Part shown: positions 38,052 through 46,540 of the stretch, in pieces
Layout of the letters: every line of letters begins with the position of its first letter
Numbering within the stretch: the first letter of the stretch is position 1
IMG/VR virus record: IMGVR_UViG_3300037851_000372
Location: 1 to 62,105 of that record
Source of the DNA: a virus
Lineage: Duplodnaviria; Caudoviricetes
Direction: 5' to 3' (one strand)
Length of the DNA: 62,105 bases
Program-made: the position numbers and the translations under genes
Notes under the pieces: model-generated
The model's input: the letters and a program-made list of their open reading frames with translations, nothing else
Database searches by the model: none
Told to the model about the DNA's origin: nothing

Positions 38052-39069
38052 GCTGATACGGCTTGCGAACTTCCAACGCCACTCACGACTTGAGCTGCCG
38101 CTTGATCCCAAGATCACAACCATCGCAGGCCCATCGGACGTAGGCAAGTCGTCCATCCTCCGCGCTCTGCGATGGGTCGCACTCAACAACCCACAAGGCG
38201 ACTCGTTTGTACGCGAGGGCTCCAAGGGGACCACTGTACAGGTTCGCGTGGATGGGCACACGGTGACACGGAAGCGGGGCGGGTCGCTCAACTCCTACGA
38301 GGTTGAAGGTGATGAGTACAAGGCGTTCGGGACGTCCGTGCCCGACCGCGTTGCATCGCTGCTCAACTTATCAGAGACCAACTTCCAGGACCAGCACGAC
38401 GCCGCGTACTGGTTGTCCTTGTCGTCTGCAGAGGTGTCGCGACAGCTGAACGCGATTGTTGACTTGGGCGTCATTGACTCCGCCTTTGCGAGCATCGGAG
38501 CTCGGGTGCGGTCGCTCCAACAGAAGTCCGGTTTGCTGCTGGAGCGGGTTCGTGTTGCGAAGCAGACCAAGGAGAGTCTGGATTGGGTGACTGAGGCGGC
38601 GGAGCAGTTTGCAGAGGTCGAGTCAGCACAAACGAAAAGAACGAAGCTGACAGACCGCGTAGACTGTCTCCGCCGCATCGTTGCCCAGGTTGCGAAGCTG
38701 AGGGACGTCATACGTGAAGAGCAAGAGCGGTACGATGACTTGGTGGTGGTCGGCAAGTCGTATAAGGCGGCTGTTGATCTTCAGGCAACTCGTTCGAAGC
38801 TCGCGGAGGTCGTCGCTACCGCGTCCAGAGCTAGATGCGCAGCGAAGCAGACTGTTCCTGACCATGCAGAGCTCGACAAAGCCATTGAGCAGTGGCAGCA
38901 AGCGAAGAAGCGACTAGCGAGCTTGCGGACGTTGGTGGTGACGGTGCGGGACTGCGAAGGCAAGCTCGACAAGCGTCGCAAGGCGTACAAGGCAGCCGAG
39001 TCGTCTGTGCGGGAGGTGGGAGGGGTAGTGTGTCCGACGTGCAACCAACCAGTGGAGACAGGGGCGTGA
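38044..39069 (+). CDS. SbcC/Rad50-like ATPase, N-terminal half
   Basis: NFQRH, Walker A GPSDVGKS, Q-loop QDQHD, coiled coil ending in CPTC. Confidence 0.88.
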   Translation: MVELIRLANFQRHSRLELPLDPKITTIAGPSDVGKSSILRALRWVALNNPQGDSFVREGSKGTTVQVRVDGHTVTRKRGGSLNSYEVEGDEYKAFGTSVPDRVASLLNLSETNFQDQHDAAYWLSLSSAEVSRQLNAIVDLGVIDSAFASIGARVRSLQQKSGLLLERVRVAKQTKESLDWVTEAAEQFAEVESAQTKRTKLTDRVDCLRRIVAQVAKLRDVIREEQERYDDLVVVGKSYKAAVDLQATRSKLAEVVATASRARCAAKQTVPDHAELDKAIEQWQQAKKRLASLRTLVVTVRDCEGKLDKRRKAYKAAESSVREVGGVVCPTCNQPVETGA

Positions 39070-39557
39070 GACTGTACTACGATCATCAGCAGCGAGTTGA
39101 GCAGTTCATGAAGCTGGCGGGGCAGGACGTGCCCGCCGAGCCCACGATGCCAGATGGTCCGACGCGGCTGTTGCGAGCCAAGCTCATTCTGGAGGAGGCA
39201 ATCGAGACGGTCCATGCGCTTGGATTCAGCTTTTACATCGAGAACGACAGTAGGGCGGGTGTCCGCCCTGAGCATGGTGACATCGTGTTCCTCGAGAAGG
39301 GTGAGCCTGACCTTGTGGCCATTGCTGACGGGTGCGCGGACATCTCCGTCGTCACTGTTGGTACGTTGTCTGCTTGCGGCATCTTGGCAGACCGTTTGCT
39401 TGAAGTGGTGGACGAGTCTAACCTCGCCAAGTTCCGTGGCGATGCACACAGACGTGAGGACGGCAAGTGGGTCAAGCCGAGCGACTGGCAGCCTCCAGAC
39501 ATCCAAGGGGTGCTAGACGAGCAGCGTCAGTCGCTGAAGAGGAGGCAGGATGGCTGA
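39066..39557 (+). CDS. MazG-like NTP pyrophosphohydrolase
   Basis: LILEEAIE, ADGCAD, VDESNLAK and DGKWVKPSDWQPPD motifs. Confidence 0.85.
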   Translation: MRLYYDHQQRVEQFMKLAGQDVPAEPTMPDGPTRLLRAKLILEEAIETVHALGFSFYIENDSRAGVRPEHGDIVFLEKGEPDLVAIADGCADISVVTVGTLSACGILADRLLEVVDESNLAKFRGDAHRREDGKWVKPSDWQPPDIQGVLDEQRQSLKRRQDG

Positions 39558-40488
39558 CGTCGTAGCGGTGCTGTGTTCCGACATCCACCGCAGCCATACG
39601 CCTCCCGTGTTCCGGGCAGCAGAGCCGGATTGGTACGCGGCGATGGACAGACCGCTCCTACAGGTAGTCGATGAGGCAAACCGCTATCACGTGCCCCTCG
39701 TGATTGCTGGCGACATCTTCGACCGCTGGCAGATGCCTCCAGAAACCGTCAACGCGACGATCAAGGTACTGAAGCGGCTGGAGAGCGGGTGCTACGCGGT
39801 GCCCGGGCAGCACGACCTACCGAACCACTCGTACGACGACATCCACCGCTCAGCCTACTGGACGCTGGTAGAGGCAGATGTGCTCAAGAACCTGGAGCCT
39901 GGGCAAGTAGAGTCCGTTCACGTTCACGAGCTCAACGGCTACCTTCAGCTCTACGGGTTTCCATGGGGCCACCCGCTCACCCCACGTGAGGGGGCTGTGG
40001 ACCCGTCGGACGTTCACCTCGCCGTCGTCCATGCCTATGTCTGGATGAGCACGAGCACGAGCTACCCGGGCGCGCCTGATGAGGGCAAGCTATCGGGGTT
40101 CAAGAAGTCGCTGACGGGTTACGATGCTGCTGTGTTTGGCGACAACCACATTGGCTTTCACACGCGGGTAGACGGGACTGACGTGCTCAACTGTGGTGGG
40201 TTCCAGATTCGTAAGAGCGACGAGGTCGCGTACAGGCCGCAGTATGGACTCCTCTATAGTGACGGTACCATACAGACGCGACCGCTTGACGTGAGCGAGG
40301 ATGTGTACTCAGAGGTGGACAAGGAAACGGCCAGCCGCATCAATCCAATGGTCAGTCGGGCACTGGCACGTGAGATAGACGCCCTGGGTGCCGACTCGCT
40401 AGACTTCCGTGATGCACTGGACCGATTCATGGACCTGTCAGGAACCGAGAAGGCTGTGAGGTCGTTGGTGTACGACTCGATCGGCTGA
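39550..40488 (+). CDS. SbcD/Mre11-like metallophosphoesterase
   Basis: SDIH, GDIFD, GQHD and GDNH motifs. Confidence 0.9.
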   Translation: MADVVAVLCSDIHRSHTPPVFRAAEPDWYAAMDRPLLQVVDEANRYHVPLVIAGDIFDRWQMPPETVNATIKVLKRLESGCYAVPGQHDLPNHSYDDIHRSAYWTLVEADVLKNLEPGQVESVHVHELNGYLQLYGFPWGHPLTPREGAVDPSDVHLAVVHAYVWMSTSTSYPGAPDEGKLSGFKKSLTGYDAAVFGDNHIGFHTRVDGTDVLNCGGFQIRKSDEVAYRPQYGLLYSDGTIQTRPLDVSEDVYSEVDKETASRINPMVSRALAREIDALGADSLDFRDALDRFMDLSGTEKAVRSLVYDSIG

Positions 40489-40501
40489 AAAGGATTTCGC
40501 C

Positions 40502-40747
40502 GTGGAACAAGCCTACCGTCCTCGCGACGATGCGGAACTGTGGGCACGCGCTGAAGCGATGCAGTGGCTCACCATTATGGAGTGGCCAGAAGAGGTGATC
40601 GCGTCGATCATGCGGGACGGGAACCCGTGCATAGAAACGCTCCGCAGGATGGTATATCGTGTTGGCCCTGACGCCGCATTGCAAGTGATCATCCAGTTCA
40701 CGTTCGACGGGGAGCTTCCGAATGGCAATCAATCTCACGGCCTATAA
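40502..40747 (+). CDS. Hypothetical protein
   Basis: RBS AAAGGA, GTG start. Confidence 0.5.
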   Translation: MEQAYRPRDDAELWARAEAMQWLTIMEWPEEVIASIMRDGNPCIETLRRMVYRVGPDAALQVIIQFTFDGELPNGNQSHGL

Positions 40748-40973
40748 TGGTCTCAAAGAGCAAGCTCGAGCAGCCAAGGACGCGGTGTCGCGGGCTGAGG
40801 GTGCGCTTGAGGAGCACATGAAGACGCTGTTGGACGACTACGGATGCAAGACGGTGGAGCAAGCTGAGTCCATGCTGGACGACATGCAAGACGAGCTTGA
40901 CGAGCTCGAAGCGAAAGCTGAGACGTTGATGAGTGAGTTCGAAGGCAAGTGGAAGGAGCGACTGGCTCAGTGA
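40722..40973 (+). CDS. Small coiled-coil protein
   Basis: Heptad-rich; RBS GGGGAG. Confidence 0.65.
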   Translation: MAINLTAYNGLKEQARAAKDAVSRAEGALEEHMKTLLDDYGCKTVEQAESMLDDMQDELDELEAKAETLMSEFEGKWKERLAQ

Positions 40974-41206
40974 CAGTCAAGCAGATCAACGGCGAGTGGT
41001 GGATCGTGGACAAGGTGTACGGGATACCGGATCACGGTCCGTACAAGACCAAGCAGGCGGCAGAGGAAGGCTGTGCTGGGCTCAATCGCACAATCAAGTC
41101 GCACCCAACCATCTTCAAGTGTGTTGAGTGTGCGGGGACGCAAGAGGAGGAGTACCTGCCAGGCAAGTTTCGTCTCTGTCGTGTGTGCAAGGGAGAGCGG
41201 AAATGA
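40970..41206 (+). CDS. Hypothetical protein with CxxC...CxxC
   Basis: GTGA-coupled; CVECAG and CRVCKG. Confidence 0.55.
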   Translation: MTVKQINGEWWIVDKVYGIPDHGPYKTKQAAEEGCAGLNRTIKSHPTIFKCVECAGTQEEEYLPGKFRLCRVCKGERK

Positions 41207-41778
41207 ACTACCGCAGTAGGCTCGATTCCCTTGCGGCTGACCTACGCTCAGCGACGAAGGCGGTGCGGACGGAGCAAGCTGAGCTGACGGCTTGTGATGA
41301 CGAGCTTGCCAACGCGGAAGAGGCAAGGGAGATCATACAGACCGTCGCTCAGACCATGCAGCAAGAGATTCATGGCCGCGTCTCCATGCTGGTGAGCAGG
41401 TGCCTGGAGTCCGTGTTCGACGACCCCTATGAGTTCGAGATTCGCTTTGAGCGGAAGCGGGGCCGTACGGAGGCCCTGCTGGTGTTCAAGCGTCGTGGGC
41501 TGGTGCTGACGGATCCGTTGCGGGAGGTGGGCGGGGGCGTGATTGACGTGGCCTCCTTCGCGTTGCGGCTTGCCAGCATACTGCTGACACGTCCCGCCGC
41601 CAGACGCTTGCTGGTGCTGGATGAGCCGTTTCAGCGGATCCGCGGTGTGGACAACCGGAAGCGAGTACGCGACCTGCTCGTGTCGTTGGCAGACGACTTT
41701 GGGTTCCAGATTGTGCTCAACATCGACATCGACGCTTACCCCGAATTCGCGTTGGGCAAGCTGGTGGAACTTTCTTGA
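41203..41778 (+). CDS. SbcC/Rad50-like ATPase, C-terminal half
   Basis: Coiled coil then signature-like VGGG and Walker B LLVLDEPF. Confidence 0.85.
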   Translation: MNYRSRLDSLAADLRSATKAVRTEQAELTACDDELANAEEAREIIQTVAQTMQQEIHGRVSMLVSRCLESVFDDPYEFEIRFERKRGRTEALLVFKRRGLVLTDPLREVGGGVIDVASFALRLASILLTRPAARRLLVLDEPFQRIRGVDNRKRVRDLLVSLADDFGFQIVLNIDIDAYPEFALGKLVELS

Positions 41779-41804
41779 CTTCGTATATTGAGGTCGGAGA
41801 GCAC

Positions 41805-42143
41805 ATGATGAGCAACGCGCAGCACAATCTGAAGGTCGGCGACCGCTTGGCCTTCCACACGAACAATTCGATGACGGGACACCACTGGCAGATCTATCCG
41901 ATCACCAAGATCACTCCGTCGGGACGCATCAAGTGTGGGTCATACGAGCTCAACCCCGACCTCACCATTCGAACTCAGGACATATGGCTGCGAACGACGT
42001 GCCACTTGCTGACGGACAACATTCGCAGGGAGTGGCGAAGGGAGAGGCTGGTGAGTAGGATGCGGACGACAAAGTGGGCTGAGCTAACTGATGATCAGCT
42101 GTTTCGTGTGTCTGCGATTGTCAATGAGCCGAAAGGCGAGTAG
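41805..42143 (+). CDS. Hypothetical protein
   Basis: RBS GGAG; LKVGD...ITKITPSG beta-barrel-like start. Confidence 0.6.
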   Translation: MMSNAQHNLKVGDRLAFHTNNSMTGHHWQIYPITKITPSGRIKCGSYELNPDLTIRTQDIWLRTTCHLLTDNIRREWRRERLVSRMRTTKWAELTDDQLFRVSAIVNEPKGE

Positions 42144-42144
42144 C

Positions 42145-42687
42145 ATGGTAAATGGCACGTACGAGATCATCCTCTGCGACCCACCATGGGACTATAAAGG
42201 CCAGACTCAACACGCTGGCGCAAAATCCTCTTCGACGGGTGGTGCTGCTGTTCATTATCCGACGATGACAGTGGCCGATATGATCAAGACGATCGATGTT
42301 CTTTCTTTTGCCGCTGATGACTGTCTCTTGTTCATGTGGGCGACGTGGCCACATCTCGACCAGGCTATCACACTTGGGCATGGCTGGGGATTCAGATATG
42401 TCCATACGCCGTTTGTGTGGGACAAGGTTCGACTGAATCCTGGCTACTACACCATGACGCAGACAGAGCCAGTTTTGTGTTTCAAGCGAGGAAAGATCCC
42501 AAGGCCACGGGGCGCTCGCAATGTCAAGCAACTGGTGAGGCGACCACGGGAGAAACACAGTCAGAAGCCAGTAGAAGTGAATCGACGGATTGAATTGATG
42601 TTCCCGACTCAGAGGAAGCTGGAGATGTTCGCTCGTCGTCGCGTCGAAGGTTGGGATGCGTGGGGTAATGAGATTGAAGTTCAGTGA
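42145..42687 (+). CDS. MT-A70-family N6-adenine methyltransferase
   Basis: DPPW, HYPTM, LFMWAT, HSQKP, LEMFAR and WGNE motifs. Confidence 0.92.
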   Translation: MVNGTYEIILCDPPWDYKGQTQHAGAKSSSTGGAAVHYPTMTVADMIKTIDVLSFAADDCLLFMWATWPHLDQAITLGHGWGFRYVHTPFVWDKVRLNPGYYTMTQTEPVLCFKRGKIPRPRGARNVKQLVRRPREKHSQKPVEVNRRIELMFPTQRKLEMFARRRVEGWDAWGNEIEVQ

Positions 42688-42694
42688 GGCGTGC

Positions 42695-43135
42695 ATGATA
42701 GACAACACGATCACTATTCCTCGCGACCTCGCAGAACGTGTCCTCGCGCACTTGAATGGCACGCGAGACATGGGCCAGCCGGGGGAGGACTGGAAGAGCC
42801 CGGAGATCTGCGGCGACATCGCGGCTCTTGAGACACTATTGAATCAAAAGGGATACTGCCGGATCGTTTGCGTCGATGACAGCGGGAGCGGAGGCGCTGG
42901 AGGCACGGCCTCACCGCCGCTGATCTTGGGCGAGTCGGCGTGGAATCCTACCAGCGAGACTCCAGAACCGTATGTCGATGTGATCGGATGGGATGCGGAA
43001 CGCGGATCGACGTCGTGGTTTTGGTCTGCATCGATGGCAAGATGGTGCCTGACCGGTGACGAGCGTGCGCCGGGGGACGGACCGGCGTTGCCGCCGTCGC
43101 TTTGGAGGCGATTCCCGGAGCCATCGTGCCCGTGA
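42695..43135 (+). CDS. Hypothetical two-domain protein
   Basis: RBS GAGG; Gly-rich linker; C-terminal W..P-rich domain. Confidence 0.55.
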   Translation: MIDNTITIPRDLAERVLAHLNGTRDMGQPGEDWKSPEICGDIAALETLLNQKGYCRIVCVDDSGSGGAGGTASPPLILGESAWNPTSETPEPYVDVIGWDAERGSTSWFWSASMARWCLTGDERAPGDGPALPPSLWRRFPEPSCP

Positions 43136-43149
43136 TGTCTTCCCTGTCG

Positions 43150-43236
43150 GAGAACGGCTGCCTTCAGCAGATCGCAGCCAAAGGACGTACCATATGAGTG
43201 AGCGTCGTCGCGATTCTGCTGCAAGGCTTTGTTCTC
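43150..43236 (-). mobile_element. Integron attC-like recombination site, copy 1
   Basis: Minus strand reads GAGAAC-AAAGCCTTGCAGCAGAATCGC...GCGATCTGCTGAAGGCAGCC-GTTCTC: AAC/GTT cores, unpaired spacer, two extrahelical bases. Confidence 0.75.
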
Positions 43237-43257
43237 TCTATTCTTTGAGGTTTTGAC

Positions 43258-43530
43258 ATGCACTACCCGTCGGGTTCACTATCGGCGACAACTCCAGGAT
43301 TTTCCCGAAAGGGCCGAGACTCTTCGGACTTCGGGATGTACGTTTCAAACTGGAACGGAGAGCCCGTAGAGGTGTGGGAAGACGCGGACGGGGACGTTGG
43401 GGTCATGGATTCTCGTGGGTACTCCATCGTCATTCACCGAAAATCAGCTCACGTACTCATGGAGTGGCTTGCGAAGCACGAAAGGCGTAGAGTCAACGAG
43501 GAAATCAGGCGAGTCAGGAAACATGACTAG
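43258..43530 (+). CDS. Cassette-borne hypothetical protein
   Basis: RBS GAGG; 90 aa ORF between the two attC-like sites. Confidence 0.55.
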   Translation: MHYPSGSLSATTPGFSRKGRDSSDFGMYVSNWNGEPVEVWEDADGDVGVMDSRGYSIVIHRKSAHVLMEWLAKHERRRVNEEIRRVRKHD

Positions 43531-43701
43531 GCTGCTGGCCACTAACGCCACTGCTGAGGCCGTATCAATTCGGCGTCATCACTGCCAGGACTCGCTTGTG
43601 GGGATGCGACGTGAGGCCCGACTCGTAACCCGCGAGAGAGGCGACACCGTGGCGGCTATACGGCCACGCCGGACTCCGGTAACCGGCTTTTCATTCCGTG
43701 A

Positions 43702-43789
43702 GAGAACGGCTGCCTTCAGCAGATCGCAGCCAAAGGACTCTGCTATGAGAAAAGACGACGACGCGATTCTGCTGCAAGGCTTTGTTCTC
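43702..43789 (-). mobile_element. Integron attC-like recombination site, copy 2
   Basis: Arms identical to copy 1, different central loop, 552 bp downstream. Confidence 0.75.
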
Positions 43790-43896
43790 CGTCTTTTTTT
43801 GAGAGGCACACATGACTGACTCGCCACGGCAGAACATCTACATGGACTCCGGCCCGGACGTGGAGGGGGGGCGCGGGACTCCTGCCCCGTGACATC

Positions 43897-44217
43897 GTGA
43901 GCGACCGCGACCCAAGAATCTTCTCGCCGCATGAGCGGGAACGCAAGGCAGACGAAGCCAACGGGGTACAGGTTGGTGGCAACCACTACAAACTCAAGAA
44001 GATCGAGCCGTGGGACTACATCGTCGCCAATGGTATTGGGTTTCTTGACGGGAATGCTATCAAGTACCTGACCCGCTGGAGGAACAAAGGAGGTGTCGAG
44101 GACCTCAAGAAAGCGATTCACTACATCGAGAAGCTGATTGAGGTGGAGACCCAGTGGCATGACAAGGAGGGCGGGAATGCGAGCGCAAGGCAAGGCACGG
44201 TGGATGATCCAGGCTGA
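43897..44217 (+). CDS. DUF3310-like protein
   Basis: QVGGNHY..IEPWDYI..GNAIKYLTRW..KGGVEDLKKA motif; the true start may be 43812 across a G7 tract. Confidence 0.8.
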   Translation: MSDRDPRIFSPHERERKADEANGVQVGGNHYKLKKIEPWDYIVANGIGFLDGNAIKYLTRWRNKGGVEDLKKAIHYIEKLIEVETQWHDKEGGNASARQGTVDDPG

Positions 44218-44653
44218 CATCGACTCGGTGCTAGAGATCGACCGCGTGTGTCATGTGGATCCGTGGACCAAGAAAACGCTCAAGGAACACCTGCGACGTC
44301 GCGAGTGCATTGGCATGGTCTTTGAGAGTGAGGACGAGCAGATACTGGGCTATGCGGTCTACGAGACCGCGAAGACCAGTATCACAGTCCTCCGTCTTGC
44401 TGTGCGGTGGTCCATGCACAGGAGGGGAGTGGGCACTGCAATCGTCAACCACATCGTGTCCCGCCTCACGCAGAGAACACGTTCACGCATCTCCATTACG
44501 GTGCCGGAGACCAACTTGGAGTGCCAGCTCTTTTTGAGGTCGCTTGACTTCAAGGCAGTCCGCGTGGTCAGGAACGTGTATGACAGCCATGTGGGACCGG
44601 ACGCTTACGAGTTCTTGTATGTGTTGCCGAAGACAGCGGACGTGAACGGGTAG
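44177..44653 (+). CDS. RimI-like GNAT acetyltransferase
   Basis: RWMIQADIDSVLEID, CIGMV, RRGVG, ETN..CQLF and DAY motifs. Confidence 0.85.
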   Translation: MRAQGKARWMIQADIDSVLEIDRVCHVDPWTKKTLKEHLRRRECIGMVFESEDEQILGYAVYETAKTSITVLRLAVRWSMHRRGVGTAIVNHIVSRLTQRTRSRISITVPETNLECQLFLRSLDFKAVRVVRNVYDSHVGPDAYEFLYVLPKTADVNG

Positions 44654-44654
44654 T

Positions 44655-44810
44655 ATGTCCGGACACACCGTATGTCCAGTGTGTGGGGCAGCCTGCGTAG
44701 ACATCCGTGCGAAGCTGGTTTGCCCACGTTGCCACACTGTTGTTGAGTCGTGTTGCGAGGGCGGTTGCACTGTCAAAGAGGTGAGCGATGATCGCAGTCA
44801 AGAACGCTGA
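44655..44810 (+). CDS. 51-aa CPxCG zinc-finger microprotein
   Basis: Manual translation MSGHTVCPVCGAACVDIRAKLVCPRCHTVVESCCEGG...; absent from the ORF track. Confidence 0.65.
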   Translation: MSGHTVCPVCGAACVDIRAKLVCPRCHTVVESCCEGGCTVKEVSDDRSQER

Positions 44811-45057
44811 AGCCCCGAAGCGATTCACTCAGCGAGTGGCTGAGTGGTTTGCGAAGGCGGTGCTGTGGGCTGAGGTTGACATGGACTCGCTTGCCAACCT
44901 GATACAGGAGCGGGACGCCCTTCGCAAACAGAACGAGGTACTGACAGAGGACAACGCAAGGCTCCGGACACGATTGGCAAGAGAGGTGCGACGCGGGGAC
45001 GAGTTCGCCCGCCGCCTCATGCGGGCACGTGATGCCCTAGATGGGAAGGTAGCATGA
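44788..45057 (+). CDS. Hypothetical coiled-coil protein
   Basis: RBS GAGGTG. Confidence 0.6.
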   Translation: MIAVKNAEAPKRFTQRVAEWFAKAVLWAEVDMDSLANLIQERDALRKQNEVLTEDNARLRTRLAREVRRGDEFARRLMRARDALDGKVA

Positions 45058-45740
45058 CAGAGAGGGCACAGATCGCGGCACAGGCCTTGGCGGGGTGGCT
45101 GGCGTCATATCCTTCGGAGAGCGTCTTTACGCCGGCTATAGCCGAGGCAGTGGCCTGCAACGCGGTGGCGTTCGCCGATGCTCTCTTGGTAGAGCTGGCT
45201 AGGCCGAAGGTTCCTGGGGCTGCGGGCGACGTAGTAGCGGATGCTGCGACTGCCCGTGCGGGGGTGCAAGCTACCGGGTGTGGGTACTGTGGCGAGCAGC
45301 ATGGGAAATATTGCCCGACGAAGATCCATCACGACATCCTGATGATGATGAATGAGCTCGACAAGGAGATCTGTCTGCCCGACCACAACGACGGGGGACG
45401 GGGCATCAGCCACCACTTGCAAGCCGTATGGCGGTTTCGAGATCGGGTGAACACCTACTTCCAGCATGGGCCTGTGATGGTAGGGAATGCGAAGGTTGAC
45501 GACGACGGTATCACAGCCTCCGTCAATGCGAAGGGCAAGATAGACGTGGTGCATGTCACAATGGCGGAGGGCGGTGCGATCATCAGCAACGCTGGCAAGT
45601 CGTATGAGGTTCACTCTGTTGCGGAGTCAATCAGCAGGTGCTGCGGTGTACCCGAGTCCGCGCTGGACGAGTACGTTGATCCGGAGATGGTGGACGCCGC
45701 TAGGATGGAGAAGCTCGCTCGCGGGAGCAAACAAGCGTGA
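45054..45740 (+). CDS. Hypothetical protein
   Basis: ATGA-coupled; AAQALAG..A..AV..ADALL phage motif at the N-terminus. Confidence 0.6.
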   Translation: MTERAQIAAQALAGWLASYPSESVFTPAIAEAVACNAVAFADALLVELARPKVPGAAGDVVADAATARAGVQATGCGYCGEQHGKYCPTKIHHDILMMMNELDKEICLPDHNDGGRGISHHLQAVWRFRDRVNTYFQHGPVMVGNAKVDDDGITASVNAKGKIDVVHVTMAEGGAIISNAGKSYEVHSVAESISRCCGVPESALDEYVDPEMVDAARMEKLARGSKQA

Positions 45741-46469
45741 TCTACGTCAACGGAGTGGTGCTGACGGAGCAGCAGAAGGTCCGACTCCACCGCAAGATGC
45801 GGAAAGGCGACATGGAGGCCAAGGACATGCTGGCCCGCTCTGTGCTGCCCTGGGCGATCAAGTGTGCAACGCGACGACGTGTCAACGGCCTTGATATGTC
45901 GGACCTTATAGAGCTGGCGTTCATGGCTACAGCTCAAGCTCTGAATAGGTGGGATCCGAAACGTGGTAAGTTGACTACAACGGTGGCATGGGCTGTCAAG
46001 TCGGAGATACATGAGGCACGTTGTAGTCTCTCATTCGTTGCAAAGGTACCGCGTCGAAAAGAGTCTGGTGATACAAGAAACGACGAAAGTCTTCTCAAGC
46101 TCTTGAACCCGTACAGCATCCATGGACACGGCAGCCATGTTCATGAACATGGCTGCCGTGTCCATGGATGCAGCACAGCAAGAGATGGAGGCAAGTGATG
46201 TTTGGGTACGCGAGCACCGTTGGAAGCTTCGGTGGGTACTGGATCAGATGAAGCCCAGGACGCGAAGCATACTCGAGCGACGTTACGCCGGTAGGACCCT
46301 TCAAGAAATCGCAGACGAGGAAGGGCTGTCCAAAGAACGTGTTCGCCAGCTACAGGTCAAGGCAGAGAAAGAGATGGAGGCGCTGCTGCCCATGGTTCCA
46401 GAGTGGCCAGACGCAGAGAAGGATCGCACACCAGGTAGAATTCGTGGGTCGTGGAGTGAGGCAGAGTAG
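45737..46469 (+). pseudogene. Sigma70-family factor split into two frames
   Basis: Regions 1.2/2 (GDMEAKDML, DLIELA, WDPKRGKLTT) in 45737..46198; region 4 (RTLQEIADEEGLSKERVRQ) in 46122..46469; break at the palindrome. Confidence 0.75.
46116..46171. repeat. 56-bp perfect palindrome
   Basis: GCATCCATGGACACGGCAGCCATGTTCA|TGAACATGGCTGCCGTGTCCATGGATGC, no loop and no mismatch. Confidence 0.95.
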
Positions 46470-46540
46470 ACGTGCAAGCCCCTCAGCATGTAGCATCATT
46501 GCACAGAATCTAAGAAGTCCCCGGCATAGAGATCTTGAGC

